A DNA stretch of 64,000 nt from an uncultured Chloroflexia bacterium (GTDB taxonomy: Bacteria > Chloroflexota > Limnocylindria > Limnocylindrales > CSP1-4): NCBI GenBank assembly GCA_963813335.1, contig CAWEYL010000001.1, positions 686,529 through 750,528 of the forward strand, written 5' to 3'. Shown one piece after another: positions 9,817-20,707 of this stretch. Under the pieces are notes generated by a model. It was given only the letters and a program-made list of their open reading frames with translations, made no database searches and was not told where the DNA came from. The first letter of the stretch is position 1. Every line of letters begins with the position of its first letter. The translations under genes and the position numbers were made by a program.

Positions 9817-11708
9817 GAGCGGCACGCGCGGCCGGCGCGGGCCCCGCAAGCCACCGCGTCGAGACGGCGCATTCAATGGCGGGAACGTCCAGGTCGCCGA
9901 TCCGCGCGAGCGCGGCGCGATCGAGCTGCCGGGCACCATCACCGTCAAGGAGCTTGCCGAGCTCCTGTCGGTCAACCCGGCGGACGTCATCCGCGAGCTG
10001 ATCAAGAGCGGCATCTTCGCGACCATCAACCAGCTGATCGACCGCGACACCGCGTCGCTGGTCGCCGGCGAGCTCGGCTACGAAGTGGCCGAGACCGTCG
10101 CGGCGACCGCCGGCGTGGCCGACGCCGACGGCGAGGCCAAGGTGGACGCCGCGACCAAGGAGGTCCTCTTCGAGGAGGACGATCCCTCGGAGCTCCAGCC
10201 GCGAGCCCCGATCGTGACCGTCATGGGCCACGTCGACCACGGCAAGACCAGCCTGCTCGACGCGCTCCGCTCGACCGAGGTCGCCGCCGGCGAGCGTGGT
10301 GGCATCACCCAGCACATCGGGGCGAGCGAGGTCACCCACGACGGCAAGCGCGTGGTCTTCCTCGACACGCCGGGTCACGAGGCGTTCACGGCCATGCGCG
10401 CCCGCGGCGCGAAGGTCACCGACATCGCGATCGTCGTGGTCGCCGCGGACGACGGGGTCATGCCCCAGACGCTCGAGGCCATCAGCCACGCCAAGGCGGC
10501 CAAGGTGCCGATCATCATCGCGCTCAACAAGATCGACAAGCCGGATTCGAACCCGGACCGTGTGAAGACCGAGCTCACCGAGGCCGGCATCGTGGTCGAG
10601 GAGTACGGCGGCGACGTGCCGCTCGTGCCGGTCTCGGCCAAGAGCCGCCAGGGCCTCGACGAGCTGATCGAGATGGTCCTGCTGGTCGCCGACCTCCAGG
10701 AGCTCAAGGCGAACCCGAAGCGGAGCGCGGTCGGCACCATCGTGGAGGCGGAACTCGACAAGGGCCGCGGCCCCGTCGCGACCGCCCTCATCCAGACCGG
10801 CACGCTCAAGGTCGGCGACATCATCGTCGTCGGCGAGACCTTCGGCCGCGTCCGGGCGCTCGAGAACGACAAGGGCAAGCGCGTCACCAAGGCCGGACCC
10901 GCCTCGGCGGTGGTCGTCCTCGGCCTCGCCGACGTACCCCAGGCCGGCGACATCCTGCGCGTCGCCTCTGACGAGAAGGAAGCCCGCACGCTCGTCGAGA
11001 GCCGCAAGGCCGAAATCGGCGGCGCGGGCCGGCGACGGCAGCGGGCGCGCGACCCTCGAGGACCTCTACCGCCAGATCCAGGCCGGCCAGGCCAAGGAGC
11101 TGCGGATCATCCTCAAGGCCGACGTGTCCGGCTCGCTGGGTGCCATCACCCACGCGCTCGAGCAGCTCGACCAGGACGAGATCCGGGTCAACGTCCTGCT
11201 CGAGGGCGCCGGCGACATCACCGACAACGACATCATGCTGGCGACCGCGTCGGACGCGATCGTGGTCGGCTTCAACACCAAGATCACCGAAACGGCCCGC
11301 CGTTCCGCCGAGGCGGAGGGCGTCGACGTCCGGCTCTACGACATCATCTACAAGCTGACCGACGACATCGGGGCGGCCCTGAAGGGCCTGCTCGAGCCCG
11401 TCGTCGTCGAGGTGGTCGAGGGCCGCGCGGAGGTCCGCCAGATCTTCCGGGTCGGCAAGAGCACGGTCATCGCCGGCTGCTACGTCACCGACGGGCGGAT
11501 CGTCCGCGGCGGCGCGCGCGTCTGGCGCGGCGGCAAGATCGTGGCGACCGACAAGATCGAGTCCCTGCGCCGCTTCCGCGACGACGTCCGCGAGGTGCTC
11601 GCCAACTACGAGTGCGGCATCGGCCTCGCCGATTACCACGACCTCGAGGAAGGCGACATCATCGAGTGTTTCACCTCTCAGACCGTTAGCCGGGCTGTGA
11701 CCGGCTAA
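9803..11708 (+). CDS. infB: translation initiation factor IF-2, reading frame interrupted (+1 change needed between about 11017 and 11052)
   Basis: The N-terminal part, G domain ([26 protein letters not shown]) and domain II are in the 9803 frame up to ...[12 protein letters not shown]. The conserved C-terminal half ([25 protein letters not shown]...ECFTSQ) is in the frame of ORF 11124..11708. The 9803-frame continuation is Arg/Pro-rich out-of-frame translation. Confidence 0.9.
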
Positions 11709-11849
11709 CGGGGTCGCCGCCCCGAACGCCCACGCGTGCGTTGCCATCTGCGCTCCTCGCTCACGCACCTTGGGGTGCGCTCGCTCTGGTGCTCGATGGC
11801 GCCTTCGTGTGGACGCCCGGCATCGGCGACGGCTAGGTAAGGACCGTCG

Positions 11850-12338
11850 ATGACGCAACGCACGAACAAACTGGATCAGCTCCTGCGGGAAGAGATCGGG
11901 TCGATCGTGAGCCGCGATGTCGCGGATCCGCGCGTCGGGTTCGTCACCATCACTAGCGTCGAGACGACGCCGGACCTGCGGCATGCCAAGGTCTGGGTGA
12001 GCGTGATCGGGCAACCGGCGGAGCGGACCGCGGCCATCGCCGCGCTCGGTCGGGCCATGCCGTTCGTCCGCCGCGAGCTGGGCGTCCGGCTGCGCCTCAA
12101 GCGCATCCCGGACCTGCACGTCCACGAGGACGACACGGCGGAGCGGGGGACCCGCGTGCTGCAGCTGCTCAACGACCTCGAGCGCGGCGAGGAGCCCGCC
12201 GTCGACCTCGCGACCGGCGAATCGCTGCCGACCCCCGTCGCCCGCCTGCCGCACGACGGCGACCTCGGCGAGGAGCCGCCCTCGGCGGTGCGCCCGCCGG
12301 TCCGCCGGAAGCGGTCGACCTCGAAGGCGCGCCGGTGA
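11850..12338 (+). CDS. rbfA: ribosome-binding factor A
   Basis: LLREEIGSIVSRDVADPRVGFVTITSVETTPDLRHAKVWVSV is the RbfA signature. It lies downstream of infB and has a charged C-terminal extension. Confidence 0.9.
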   Translation: MTQRTNKLDQLLREEIGSIVSRDVADPRVGFVTITSVETTPDLRHAKVWVSVIGQPAERTAAIAALGRAMPFVRRELGVRLRLKRIPDLHVHEDDTAERGTRVLQLLNDLERGEEPAVDLATGESLPTPVARLPHDGDLGEEPPSAVRPPVRRKRSTSKARR

Positions 12339-13354
12339 CCGTCGATCTCTCGCCATATCTGGACGCGGTCCCGGACATCGTCGTCGAGCGGCTGCGCGCC
12401 GCGCGGCGCGTGCTGGCCGTGGGCCACGAGAACCCGGACGCCGACACGCTCGGGGCCAGCCTCGCGATCGTCCATCTCGTGGAGGCGCTCGGCGGCGCCG
12501 CCGACCCGGTCACGTCCGACCCGCCGCCCCCGCTGTACGACTTCCTGACCGGCGTGGACCGCGTCCGCCGTGACCCGGACCCGGCCGCCGACTACGACCT
12601 CGTCGTGATCTCGGACTGCGGCTCGCTCGAGCGGGTCGGGTCGGTCGGGGTCCGCCATGCGGACCTGTTCGCGCGGGTGCCGCGCATCGTCATCGACCAC
12701 CACGCGTCGAACCAGGTCGAGGGAGACGCCGACTGGGTGGACCCCGACGCCGCCGCGACCTGCGAGATGGTGACGCTGCTCGCGGTCCGTCTCGGCATCC
12801 CGCTCGACATCGACGGCGGGGCCATGGCGACCGCCTTGATGGGTGGCATCGTGATGGATACCGCGACCTTCGCCCACCCGAACGCCACCCCGCGCACCCT
12901 GGCCGTCTCGGCGGCCCTGGTGGCGGCCGGCGCCCCGCTCTCGGACATCTCGAGGCGCCTCTATCGGACCAAGCCGGACACCCAGCTCCGCCTGTTCGGG
13001 CTCGTGCTGGGACGCATGCAGAGCGTGGACGGCGGGCGGATCGTCTGGTCGACCCTCGAGGACGGGGACCTCGTCGAGACCGGCACCCAGCCGCCGCACT
13101 CCGAGGGCATCATCGACCTGCTCGCCCAGGCCGAGGACGCCGAGGTGGCCATCCTGTTCAAGGAGGACGCTCGCGGCACGCGGCTGAGCGTCCGGACCCG
13201 GCCCGGCGGCGTGGACGCGACCGTGCTCACCGGGACGTTCGGCGGGGGAGGGCACGCCCGCGCGGCGGGAGCCACGCTCGCGATGCCGATCGCCGAGGCG
13301 CAGCCGGTCGTCCTGGCCGAGGCGAAGCGGCTCGTGGCCGACGTCCGGCGCTGA
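12335..13354 (+). CDS. nrnA: DHH/DHHA1 phosphoesterase, NrnA-like nanoRNase / pAp phosphatase
   Basis: GHENPDADTLGASLA (DHH motifs I/II), VIDHH, and the DHHA1 GGGH near the C-terminus (FGGGGHARAAGA). GTGA overlap with rbfA. Synteny matches actinobacterial rbfA-cnpB/nrnA. Confidence 0.85.
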   Translation: MTVDLSPYLDAVPDIVVERLRAARRVLAVGHENPDADTLGASLAIVHLVEALGGAADPVTSDPPPPLYDFLTGVDRVRRDPDPAADYDLVVISDCGSLERVGSVGVRHADLFARVPRIVIDHHASNQVEGDADWVDPDAAATCEMVTLLAVRLGIPLDIDGGAMATALMGGIVMDTATFAHPNATPRTLAVSAALVAAGAPLSDISRRLYRTKPDTQLRLFGLVLGRMQSVDGGRIVWSTLEDGDLVETGTQPPHSEGIIDLLAQAEDAEVAILFKEDARGTRLSVRTRPGGVDATVLTGTFGGGGHARAAGATLAMPIAEAQPVVLAEAKRLVADVRR

Positions 13355-13356
13355 CG

Positions 13357-14310
13357 ATGGCCCACCGATCGCTCGGCCCGGGGCTCGACGGCATCCTCGT
13401 GATCGCCAAGCCTGGCGGACCCACCTCGCACGACGTGGTGGCCCTGGTGCGCCGTCTCGCCGCCACCAGGCGGGTCGGCCACGGCGGGACCCTCGACCCC
13501 TTCGCGTCGGGGGTGCTGCCGGTCTTCCTCGGCCACGGGACGCGGGTCGTGGAATACCACTCGGGCGACCGGAAAGGCTACCGCGCGACCGTCTGCTTCG
13601 GGGCCTCGTCGTCCACCGACGACCTCGAGGGCGAGCTCGTGCCATCGAGTGGGCCGGCGCCGACGCGCGAGACGGTCCAGGCGGCCCTGGCCGCGTTCAC
13701 CGGCGCGATCTCGCAGCGCCCACCGGCGTTCAGTGCCATCAAGGTCGGCGGGCGCCGCGCCTACGCGCTGGCTCGCGCGGGCGAGACCGTCGTGCTCGCC
13801 GAGCGCGAGGTCACCATCCACGAGCTGACGATGCTCGAGTGGGACGGCAGCGACCCCGATCGCCCGATCGCGATCCTCGACGTCAGCTGCTCCGCGGGCA
13901 CGTACATCCGGGCGCTCGCGCGCGACCTCGGCGATCGGCTGGGGACGGCCGCCTACCTGGGCTCGCTCGTGCGGACGGCATCGGGGCCGTTCCGGCTGGA
14001 TGCCGCCATCCCGCTCGACGCCGTGCGCGACGCGGCTGCGGGCGGTCCGGCGGGCCTCGTGCCGCTGCTCCAGCCGATCGACACCGGCCTCGAGGCCTTC
14101 CCCGAGGTCGCATTGACCGCCGAGGAGACCCGCAGCGTCGCCCGCGGCCAGTTCGTCTCGCCTGCGGCGGGCCTGCCCGGCCCGTCCGACCACTACCGGC
14201 TGCGCGGCCCGGACGGCGCGCTCGTCGCGATCGCGAGCTCGTCCGGCGGCCGCCTCGCCCCGGACAAGGTCTTCGCGAGCCCGGCGCCGGTCGTGGCCGC
14301 ACGGGCCTGA
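13357..14310 (+). CDS. truB: tRNA pseudouridine(55) synthase
   Basis: GILVIAKPGGPTSHDVV...VGHGGTLDPFASGVLPV (catalytic Asp motif) ...PPAFSAIKVGGRRAY. Confidence 0.92.
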   Translation: MAHRSLGPGLDGILVIAKPGGPTSHDVVALVRRLAATRRVGHGGTLDPFASGVLPVFLGHGTRVVEYHSGDRKGYRATVCFGASSSTDDLEGELVPSSGPAPTRETVQAALAAFTGAISQRPPAFSAIKVGGRRAYALARAGETVVLAEREVTIHELTMLEWDGSDPDRPIAILDVSCSAGTYIRALARDLGDRLGTAAYLGSLVRTASGPFRLDAAIPLDAVRDAAAGGPAGLVPLLQPIDTGLEAFPEVALTAEETRSVARGQFVSPAAGLPGPSDHYRLRGPDGALVAIASSSGGRLAPDKVFASPAPVVAARA

Positions 14311-14318
14311 CGAGCGAC

Positions 14319-15065
14319 ATGCGGGTCGTCAACGGCGTCGATGCGCTGCCGGCCGAGGTCAGTCCCGTCTTCGTCGTCGTCGGCGTCTTCGACGGGCTCC
14401 ATCTCGGCCATCGCTACCTGCTCGAGCACCTCGTCGCCGAGGCCGCCCGCCGCGACGCCACTCCGACCGTCATCACCTTCGACCACCACCCCGACGAGGT
14501 CCTGACCGGAAGCGCGCCGCCACTCCTGATCGACCCCGATGAGCGCCTCCAGCGGCTCGATGCGGCCGGGATCGCGGTGACTGTCGTCCAGCACTTCGAC
14601 GACGCCCTGCGGCACACCCCGTACGACGCGTTCGTCGAGCGCATCCGGGCCCGCGTCGCCCTGAGCGGGTTCCTGATGACGCCCGACGCGGCGTTCGGCT
14701 TCGAGCGACGCGGCACGCCGCAGGCGCTCGCCGAGCTGGGCGCGCGCGACGGCTTCGATGTCGTCGTCGTGCCGCCGTTCACGCTCGAGGGCCGGCCCGT
14801 CCGCAGCACCGATGTCCGCGCCGCGATCGCCGGGGGTGATCTCGACACGGCCGGACGCCTCCTGGGGCGGCCCGTGAGCCTGACCGGGGCTGTCGATGGG
14901 GCGGGTCACCTCCGGTTCGAGCTGCCGATAGCGCTCCCGCCCGACGGCACGTACCAGGCGGTCCTCGGCGGCGCGACAGCCACGATCGACATCCGAGACG
15001 GCGCCGTGCGCCTTGGCGATTTCATCACCGCCCCACGCGTCACCCTCGAGCTGCGCGAGCGCTAG
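14319..15065 (+). CDS. ribF: FMN adenylyltransferase (RibF-like) with short, degenerate C-terminal flavokinase region
   Basis: VVVGVFDGLHLGHRYLL nucleotidyltransferase motif, ITFDHHP and ST(D)VRAAIAGGDLDTAGRLLGRP. Only about 63 aa follow, and the GFPTAN / RPT / E-x-H kinase motifs are absent. Confidence 0.8.
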   Translation: MRVVNGVDALPAEVSPVFVVVGVFDGLHLGHRYLLEHLVAEAARRDATPTVITFDHHPDEVLTGSAPPLLIDPDERLQRLDAAGIAVTVVQHFDDALRHTPYDAFVERIRARVALSGFLMTPDAAFGFERRGTPQALAELGARDGFDVVVVPPFTLEGRPVRSTDVRAAIAGGDLDTAGRLLGRPVSLTGAVDGAGHLRFELPIALPPDGTYQAVLGGATATIDIRDGAVRLGDFITAPRVTLELRER

Positions 15066-15088
15066 GCGCGAGTCGGTATCCTCTGGTC

Positions 15089-15607
15089 ATGGCTCGATCG
15101 ATGGAACTCGCCCAGCTCAACGTCGGCCGCATGCTCGCCCCGCTGGACGCCCCGGAGATCGCGGGGTTCGTGGCGGAGCTCGAGCCCGTCAACCGACTCG
15201 CGGACGCAAGCCCCGGCTTCGTGTGGCGACTCCAGACCGATCAGGGGAACGCGACGGCGATGCGCCCGACCGATGACGCCCTGTTCCTCATCAACTTGAG
15301 CGTCTGGGCTTCGATCGAGGCCTTGCGCGCCTTCACGTATGACACGGCCCATATGCAGGTCCTGCGGCGGCGGCGCGAATGGTTCGAGCGGCTCGCGACG
15401 GCCCATCTCGTGTTGTGGTGGGTGCCCGTCGGTCACCGGCCGACGATCGAGGAGGCGCTTGCCCGCCTGGACCTCTTGCGGCGAGACGGCCCGACCCCGG
15501 CGGCGTTCACGTTCCGCACGCCGTTCGAGCCCGATGCGCTGGGGCCCGGCGATCCGCTCGTCGACGCGGAGTTCTGCTGGCCCGAGTTGGCGACGACCCC
15601 GGTCTAG
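15089..15607 (+). CDS. DUF3291 domain protein
   Basis: [43 protein letters not shown] resembles the DUF3291 family N-terminus. About 170 aa. Confidence 0.6.
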   Translation: MARSMELAQLNVGRMLAPLDAPEIAGFVAELEPVNRLADASPGFVWRLQTDQGNATAMRPTDDALFLINLSVWASIEALRAFTYDTAHMQVLRRRREWFERLATAHLVLWWVPVGHRPTIEEALARLDLLRRDGPTPAAFTFRTPFEPDALGPGDPLVDAEFCWPELATTPV

Positions 15608-16167
15608 CCGCCCGGCCGCCAGAGTGGTTCGGCGACGCCGCGCTCGTGGTTCTCGTAGCGCGCCATGACGAAGAGCGCGTCCGAGAGCCGGTTGAGGTAC
15701 GCGAGCACGTGCTCGCCGATCGCCTCGTCGCGGCCCAGCCTGACGGCCTCGCGCTCGGCGCGTCGGCAGATGGTGCGCGCGACGTGCAGGTGCGCGGCGC
15801 CCGGCGCGCCGCCCGGCAGGATGAAGTTGGTGAGCGGCCCCACGACCTCGTTGAACTCGTCGATGAGGCGTTCGAGCTTCTCGACGTGTCGCGGTTCGAC
15901 GGTCGGGATCCGCGCGCGTCGAGGATCGTCAGATGGCCAGCACAGGTCCGAGCCCAGGTCGAACAGCTCGTTCTGGATCAACGTCAGCTCGATCGTCAGC
16001 CGCTCGCACAGACCAACGGCGATCGTCACGCCGATTTGCGAGTTGAGCTCGTCGACGGTGCCGTACGTGACGACCCGCCGGGCGTCCTTGGCGACCCGCT
16101 GGCCACCGCCGAGCCCGGTCATCCCCTCGTCGCCGGTCTTCGTGTAGATGCGATCCAGGTTGGGCAT
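15604..16167 (-). CDS. ATP:cob(I)alamin adenosyltransferase, PduO-type
   Basis: [32 protein letters not shown] and ...[23 protein letters not shown] are PduO-type signatures. The ATG at 16167 sits inside the longer listed ORF. Confidence 0.88.
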   Translation of the reverse strand: MPNLDRIYTKTGDEGMTGLGGGQRVAKDARRVVTYGTVDELNSQIGVTIAVGLCERLTIELTLIQNELFDLGSDLCWPSDDPRRARIPTVEPRHVEKLERLIDEFNEVVGPLTNFILPGGAPGAAHLHVARTICRRAEREAVRLGRDEAIGEHVLAYLNRLSDALFVMARYENHERGVAEPLWRPGG

Positions 16168-16229
16168 CGTCGCGCTCCGTGTGGTGGCAGGCACGACGTA
16201 GCGTACCGGTCCGAGGAGGACCTCCGCGC

Positions 16230-16802
16230 TCACGGCATGGCGGCGAGCACCGCCTTGGCCACCGCGACGGCGTCGTCGGTGCGGTCCGGACTCGACGGGT
16301 CGACGATCTCTACGTAGAGCGAGCCTTCGTCGGGCGTCAGCAGGACCGTCAGGTAGACCTCGCCGGGGTCGCCGCTGTTGAGGTGCTCGGCGTACGCGCC
16401 GGCGTCGAACCCTGACACCGTCGGCGCCCCGGTCGGGCGGCCCGTATCGTAGGCCCCGAGCGTGACTTCGAGCACCTGCGTGCCGTTGCTGATCGTGCAG
16501 CGGAACGGCGGGAAGGTCTGGGCCTGTGGTGCTGAGGCGTTCGGGACGATCGCGGCGGCGAGACCCGCCGGGATCAGCGGGCAGACCTCGGTGATGGCCT
16601 GCGCGGCTGCCAGCACGTCGCCTCCGCCGGCCGCACTGGAGGCGGCCCCGCTGGAGCCGGCCGCGCTGGAGCCGGCCGCGCTGGAGGCGACGCCATCGGT
16701 CGACCCGCCGGCCCCGGTCGCTTCGGGCGCGGTCGACGCTCCGCCGGCGGAACACGCTACGAGTGCGGTCACGACGGCCGCCATGCAGACCACCCGCTTC
16801 AT
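16230..16802 (-). CDS. lipoprotein, function unknown
   Basis: [21 protein letters not shown] provides a signal peptide and lipobox (LVAC). A Ser/Ala/Gly linker and a ~120 aa domain follow. The ATG at 16802 sits inside the longer listed ORF. Confidence 0.65.
   Translation of the reverse strand: MKRVVCMAAVVTALVACSAGGASTAPEATGAGGSTDGVASSAAGSSAAGSSGAASSAAGGGDVLAAAQAITEVCPLIPAGLAAAIVPNASAPQAQTFPPFRCTISNGTQVLEVTLGAYDTGRPTGAPTVSGFDAGAYAEHLNSGDPGEVYLTVLLTPDEGSLYVEIVDPSSPDRTDDAVAVAKAVLAAMP
16635..16694. repeat. tandem 15-bp repeat (GCTGGAGCCGGCCGC x about 3-4) encoding the SSAAG linker of the lipoprotein
   Basis: Direct tandem copies visible at 16650-16664 and 16665-16679, with degenerate flanking copies. 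Confidence 0.7.
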
Positions 16803-16855
16803 CTCTCCAGCCTCCCATCCACCGAACTTGCTGGGCACCCCAGCTTGCCGAGTCC

Positions 16856-17149
16856 TTACGCCGTGTCGAGGTCCGCGTCGGGCAGCCAGGACGCGATCAC
16901 GAGGTCGAGCTCGACGATCCGGTCCAACGGGAACCCGGCGTCGGCGTTGGCGACCGCGACCGCCGCCGGATCGGCAGCCTCGAACACCGACAGGCACGTC
17001 TCCTCGTCGGCGACGAGGATCGTGACGAGGTGGCGGGCGGGCACATCGACTGGCCCCACGAGACGTCGAGCAGCCGATGCCACCGACATCGAGCTGATCG
17101 ACGGAATGTAGCGCTCCACGAGGAAGAACCGCCGCCGACCCACCTGCAT
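16856..17149 (-). CDS. DUF4242-like small protein
   Basis: [19 protein letters not shown]...[21 protein letters not shown] resembles the DUF4242 (SCO4226-like) fold family. The internal ATG at 17149 was chosen over the longer ORF. Confidence 0.5.
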   Translation of the reverse strand: MQVGRRRFFLVERYIPSISSMSVASAARRLVGPVDVPARHLVTILVADEETCLSVFEAADPAAVAVANADAGFPLDRIVELDLVIASWLPDADLDTA

Positions 17150-17234
17150 CGCCCGACCGTAGGAGGAGCGCCATCCGGCGGCATCCGTGGAACCACGGGA
17201 CTTTGCCCGAGGATTCGAAGTGCCGAGCTCGAGA

Positions 17235-20096
17235 TCAGCCGATGGACGGTTCGCTGGCGGCCGCCAGGGCGTCACGCAGCTGCGATCGCGAACGGATATC
17301 GAGCTTCCGGTAGACGGCCGACAGCTGGCTCTCGACGGTCCGGACGGAGACCACGAGTTCCGCTGCGATCTCGCGATTCGCGTGACCGGCGGCGGCGAGC
17401 TCCGCCACGGCGCGCTCGGACGCGGTCAGGCGGATGCCGTCGGAGGTCCGACCGCCGATCCGGCCAAGCTCGCGGGTCGCCCGGGCGGCCCAGGCGCGTG
17501 CGCCGAGCCCATCGAAGGTCGCCAGCGACGCACCGACGTCCGTGCGCGCCGCCCGGCGGTGTCCGGCCCGCCGCTGGACGGCGCCACGAGCCAGCGATAT
17601 CCGCGCTCGTTCGAAGGGCATCGGCAGTTCGGCGTCGAACACGCTGAGCGCGTCGCCGAATGACGCCACCGCACCGGCGAGATCTCCCCGAGCGGCCAGG
17701 AGGAAGCCGCGGCCGCGGGCCGCCATCGCGCGCACCCACGGCAGCGGCAGTCGGGCGCCCGGCTCCTCAAGGTCCTCGCGCAGCACCCGCTCGGCGAGAT
17801 CGAGTTCGCCGGCGAGCACCGCCGCCTCGACCAGGTCCCCGAGGAACCGGAACTGCGTCGGCAGGACGACGTGCATGGCCTCGGCGTGTTCCTGGGCCTG
17901 GCGGAGGTAGGCGAGTGCGGCTCCTGGATCGGGGACCGAGAGCTCGATGAATCCGAGCAGTGCGCAGAAGATCGCGCTTTCCCAGCGATCGCCCGCGGCT
18001 TCCTCGCGGCGGAGCCCGTCGACGGCGATCGCCCGCGCGGCATCGAGGTCGCCTGAATATGCCAGGATCCGGGCCCTCGCCGTGAGCGCCCGCTGTCGCC
18101 ACGTCTCCTCGCCCTGTTCGACGAGCTCCAGGCATTCGGCGGCATACCGGCGAGCGGCGTCCCAATCGCCGCTCATCAGGCAAAGGACGGAGAGCGACTG
18201 GTCGAGGGGCGGCAGGAGCCCGACCTGACCCAGCTCGGTGAGTCGGCGATGGTCCGCCTCGTCGAAGGCGATGGCCTCCGGCAGCCGGCCGAGATGGAAC
18301 AGGCACCGCTCGGCCAGCTCCTGGGCGCGCCGAGCGCCGAACGAGGTGCCACCGCCACGCATGAGGGCGATGCCCCGATCGATGTCGTCCCCCGCCACGC
18401 GGTCGCCGGCGAGGAGCCAATGGAACGCTCGGTCGAGCAGGGCGCAGGCGAGCTGGTCGGTGTCGGCTTCCAAGACCGCCCCTTCGAGGAGGTCGACCGC
18501 GGCCATGGCGCTGCGGTAGCCGGTCGGCGGGTCCATGTCGGCCATGCTCGTGATGTGGGCGTGGACGAGGGCCTCGAAGATCGGATCGCCGTCGGTGTGC
18601 TCGAGCGCCTCGAGGAGCTGCGGCAACGCGTCGTTGGGCCGCTCCACGTAGGTGATCTCACCAAGGGCCAGCAGGGCCTCCCCACGGCGCCGCCCGGCCG
18701 GCACGGTCGCGAGCACGGCATGCAGGCCGGCCTCACCGCGTCCCGGGTCGCCGGCGGCCACGGCCGCCTCGGCCGCCTCGACGAGGAAGCCGCTCCGGTC
18801 CGGCTCCACAGCCAGGCTCGCGGCTCGCTCGAGAAGGTCCGCGGCCACGCCGGGCGCGCCGCGGGCACCGGCGATCCGCGCCGCGCCGGCGAGGGCGGCG
18901 GCGACGCCAGCGTCGGGTCGCTCGACGGTCGCCGCGAGGTGGATGGCGCGCTCGACCGGGTCGTCGGCGGCGGTGGCGAGCGCGCCGCGCAGGGCTCGAC
19001 GTTCGCCCGGTGGCGCATCTGCGTAGGCCGTCGAGCTGAAGAGCGGATGGGTCGGCCGGATCCGTGACCCGTCGAGGGTGAGGACGCCGCGCTCGAAGGC
19101 CTCGTCGAGTGCCCGGTCGCCGGGCGCGCCGAGCACGCTGCGGATCAGGCTCGGGCTGGGCTCCCCGGACATCGCCACGATGACGACGGCACGGCGCGCG
19201 TCGCGGCTCAGCGTCGCGAGGTGGTCGCGCACGAGCGGACCCGCTTCGGGAGGCACGGGGAACGGTTCGCCCGGCGCGGGATCGAGACCCCGCCCCTTGA
19301 GCGAGCGGCTGATCTCGAGGCCGAGGAACGGGTTGCCCGAACACGCTTCGTGGAGCCGGGCGAGCAGCGGCCTGGGATGGGCCACGTCGAGGCGTTCGTG
19401 GATGAGCCGGCCGAGGGCGCCCACCGACAACGGGCCGACGACGATCCGCGTCCGGTGCTCGACGGCGGTATCCAGTGAGGCGATCGGCGCGAGGGTCGCG
19501 GACAGGTCTCGTCGGTCCGGCGGCCGTTCCGGCGACGCGTAGTCACCGGGTGTCGTCTCGTCCTGGTCGGCCTGGACCGGTCCGGTGCGTCGCGCGAGGA
19601 CGACCGCGACCGGCTCGGACCTGAGCCGCCGTACCGCGAAGGCGAGCGCGTCCTGGCTGGCCCGATCGGCCCACTGGATGTCGTCGATCGCCAGGACGAG
19701 TGGGCGATCGCGAGCGAGGTCCCGCAGGACGTCGGCGACGGCGAGGCCCACGAGCGACGGGTCCGAGTGGGTGCCGAGCGACGCACCTCGGCCCATGGCC
19801 GCCGAGATGGCCGCCCGCCGGGGGCTGTTCAGCAGCTCGATCGCGGCCTCGGCGGCAGGGTCGTCGAGGAGGGCGGTAAGGGTGGCGAACGCCAGGTCGC
19901 GCTCGGCGATGCTGGCGCGCCAGGCGAGGACGCGGTCCGCGCGCGTCCGGGCGACGGCGACGGCATGGAACCAGAGAGTGGTCTTGCCGATGCCGGCTTC
20001 GCCTTCGATGAGCAGGCAGGACGGCCGCGCCTCCTCGAGCCATCGCGCGATCGCCGATCGCTCCGCTTCCCGCCCGACGACGATCGTCCCCGGCAT
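17235..20096 (-). CDS. large ATP-binding LuxR-family regulator (LAL: AAA/STAND ATPase - TPR-like - LuxR HTH)
   Basis: Walker [15 protein letters not shown], Walker [13 protein letters not shown], a long helical repeat middle, and C-terminal [43 protein letters not shown]. The start is uncertain: ATG 20096, or upstream alternatives up to 20297. Confidence 0.88.
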   Translation of the reverse strand: MPGTIVVGREAERSAIARWLEEARPSCLLIEGEAGIGKTTLWFHAVAVARTRADRVLAWRASIAERDLAFATLTALLDDPAAEAAIELLNSPRRAAISAAMGRGASLGTHSDPSLVGLAVADVLRDLARDRPLVLAIDDIQWADRASQDALAFAVRRLRSEPVAVVLARRTGPVQADQDETTPGDYASPERPPDRRDLSATLAPIASLDTAVEHRTRIVVGPLSVGALGRLIHERLDVAHPRPLLARLHEACSGNPFLGLEISRSLKGRGLDPAPGEPFPVPPEAGPLVRDHLATLSRDARRAVVIVAMSGEPSPSLIRSVLGAPGDRALDEAFERGVLTLDGSRIRPTHPLFSSTAYADAPPGERRALRGALATAADDPVERAIHLAATVERPDAGVAAALAGAARIAGARGAPGVAADLLERAASLAVEPDRSGFLVEAAEAAVAAGDPGRGEAGLHAVLATVPAGRRRGEALLALGEITYVERPNDALPQLLEALEHTDGDPIFEALVHAHITSMADMDPPTGYRSAMAAVDLLEGAVLEADTDQLACALLDRAFHWLLAGDRVAGDDIDRGIALMRGGGTSFGARRAQELAERCLFHLGRLPEAIAFDEADHRRLTELGQVGLLPPLDQSLSVLCLMSGDWDAARRYAAECLELVEQGEETWRQRALTARARILAYSGDLDAARAIAVDGLRREEAAGDRWESAIFCALLGFIELSVPDPGAALAYLRQAQEHAEAMHVVLPTQFRFLGDLVEAAVLAGELDLAERVLREDLEEPGARLPLPWVRAMAARGRGFLLAARGDLAGAVASFGDALSVFDAELPMPFERARISLARGAVQRRAGHRRAARTDVGASLATFDGLGARAWAARATRELGRIGGRTSDGIRLTASERAVAELAAAGHANREIAAELVVSVRTVESQLSAVYRKLDIRSRSQLRDALAAASEPSIG

Positions 20097-20235
20097 CACG
20101 ACGTTCGCCAGATCCGGTGCATCGACCACGCCTCCGCGCCGATGGTACCGAAGCCGCGTCAGTATCTTTCGGTGGTCGCACGGATGCGATGACCCGACGG
20201 TTTCGGGCGACGCACGATCGTCGAGCGGCCCGCGT

Positions 20236-20264
20236 TTGCCGCAACCGGCCGAGCCTGCTACCAT
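20236..20264 (+). promoter_or_regulatory. candidate rpsO promoter (TTGCCG-17 nt-TACCAT)
   Basis: Hexamers at 20236-20241 and 20259-20264, about 55 nt upstream of the rpsO GTG, within the divergent region shared with the LAL regulator. Confidence 0.35.
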
Positions 20265-20317
20265 CCGCCGGTCATAGATCGGAAAGAAACAGCACATCGC
20301 CGTGTTCGGAGGAACGA

Positions 20318-20587
20318 GTGCCGCTCGCGCGGGAATTGAAGCAAGAGATCATCACCGGGTATGCCACCACTGAAGGTGACACCGGTTCGCCGGAAGTCCA
20401 GATCGCGCTCCTGACCGAGCGGATCAAGGACCTGACCGGGCATCTCCGAAGCTTTCCCAAGGACAATCATTCGCGCCGCGGCCTCCTCAAGCTCGTCGGC
20501 CAGCGCCGCCGCCTTCTCGCGTACCTGATGAAGAAGGACAGCGCGCGCTACCGCGTCGTCATCGGACGACTCGGACTCCGCCGCTAG
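20318..20587 (+). CDS. rpsO: 30S ribosomal protein S15
   Basis: [51 protein letters not shown] is canonical S15. GTG 20318 is preceded by GGAGGA. Confidence 0.95.
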   Translation: MPLARELKQEIITGYATTEGDTGSPEVQIALLTERIKDLTGHLRSFPKDNHSRRGLLKLVGQRRRLLAYLMKKDSARYRVVIGRLGLRR

Positions 20588-20600
20588 CGACGCCGCTCCC

Positions 20601-20623
20601 GGACCCCGGTCATGCCGGGGTCC
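20601..20623 (+). promoter_or_regulatory. perfect 9-bp stem-loop in rpsO-pnp intergenic region (terminator/processing/autoregulatory hairpin)
   Basis: GGACCCCGG (20601-20609), loop TCATG, CCGGGGTCC (20615-20623). No clear U-tract follows. Confidence 0.55.
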
Positions 20624-20707
20624 TCTCGCGTTCGACGCCAGATGGCCGAGTCGGCCGACCTGCCGCAGGTCGCCAGCCTCCTCCACGGTCAAGGAGGATC
20701 GATTCCC

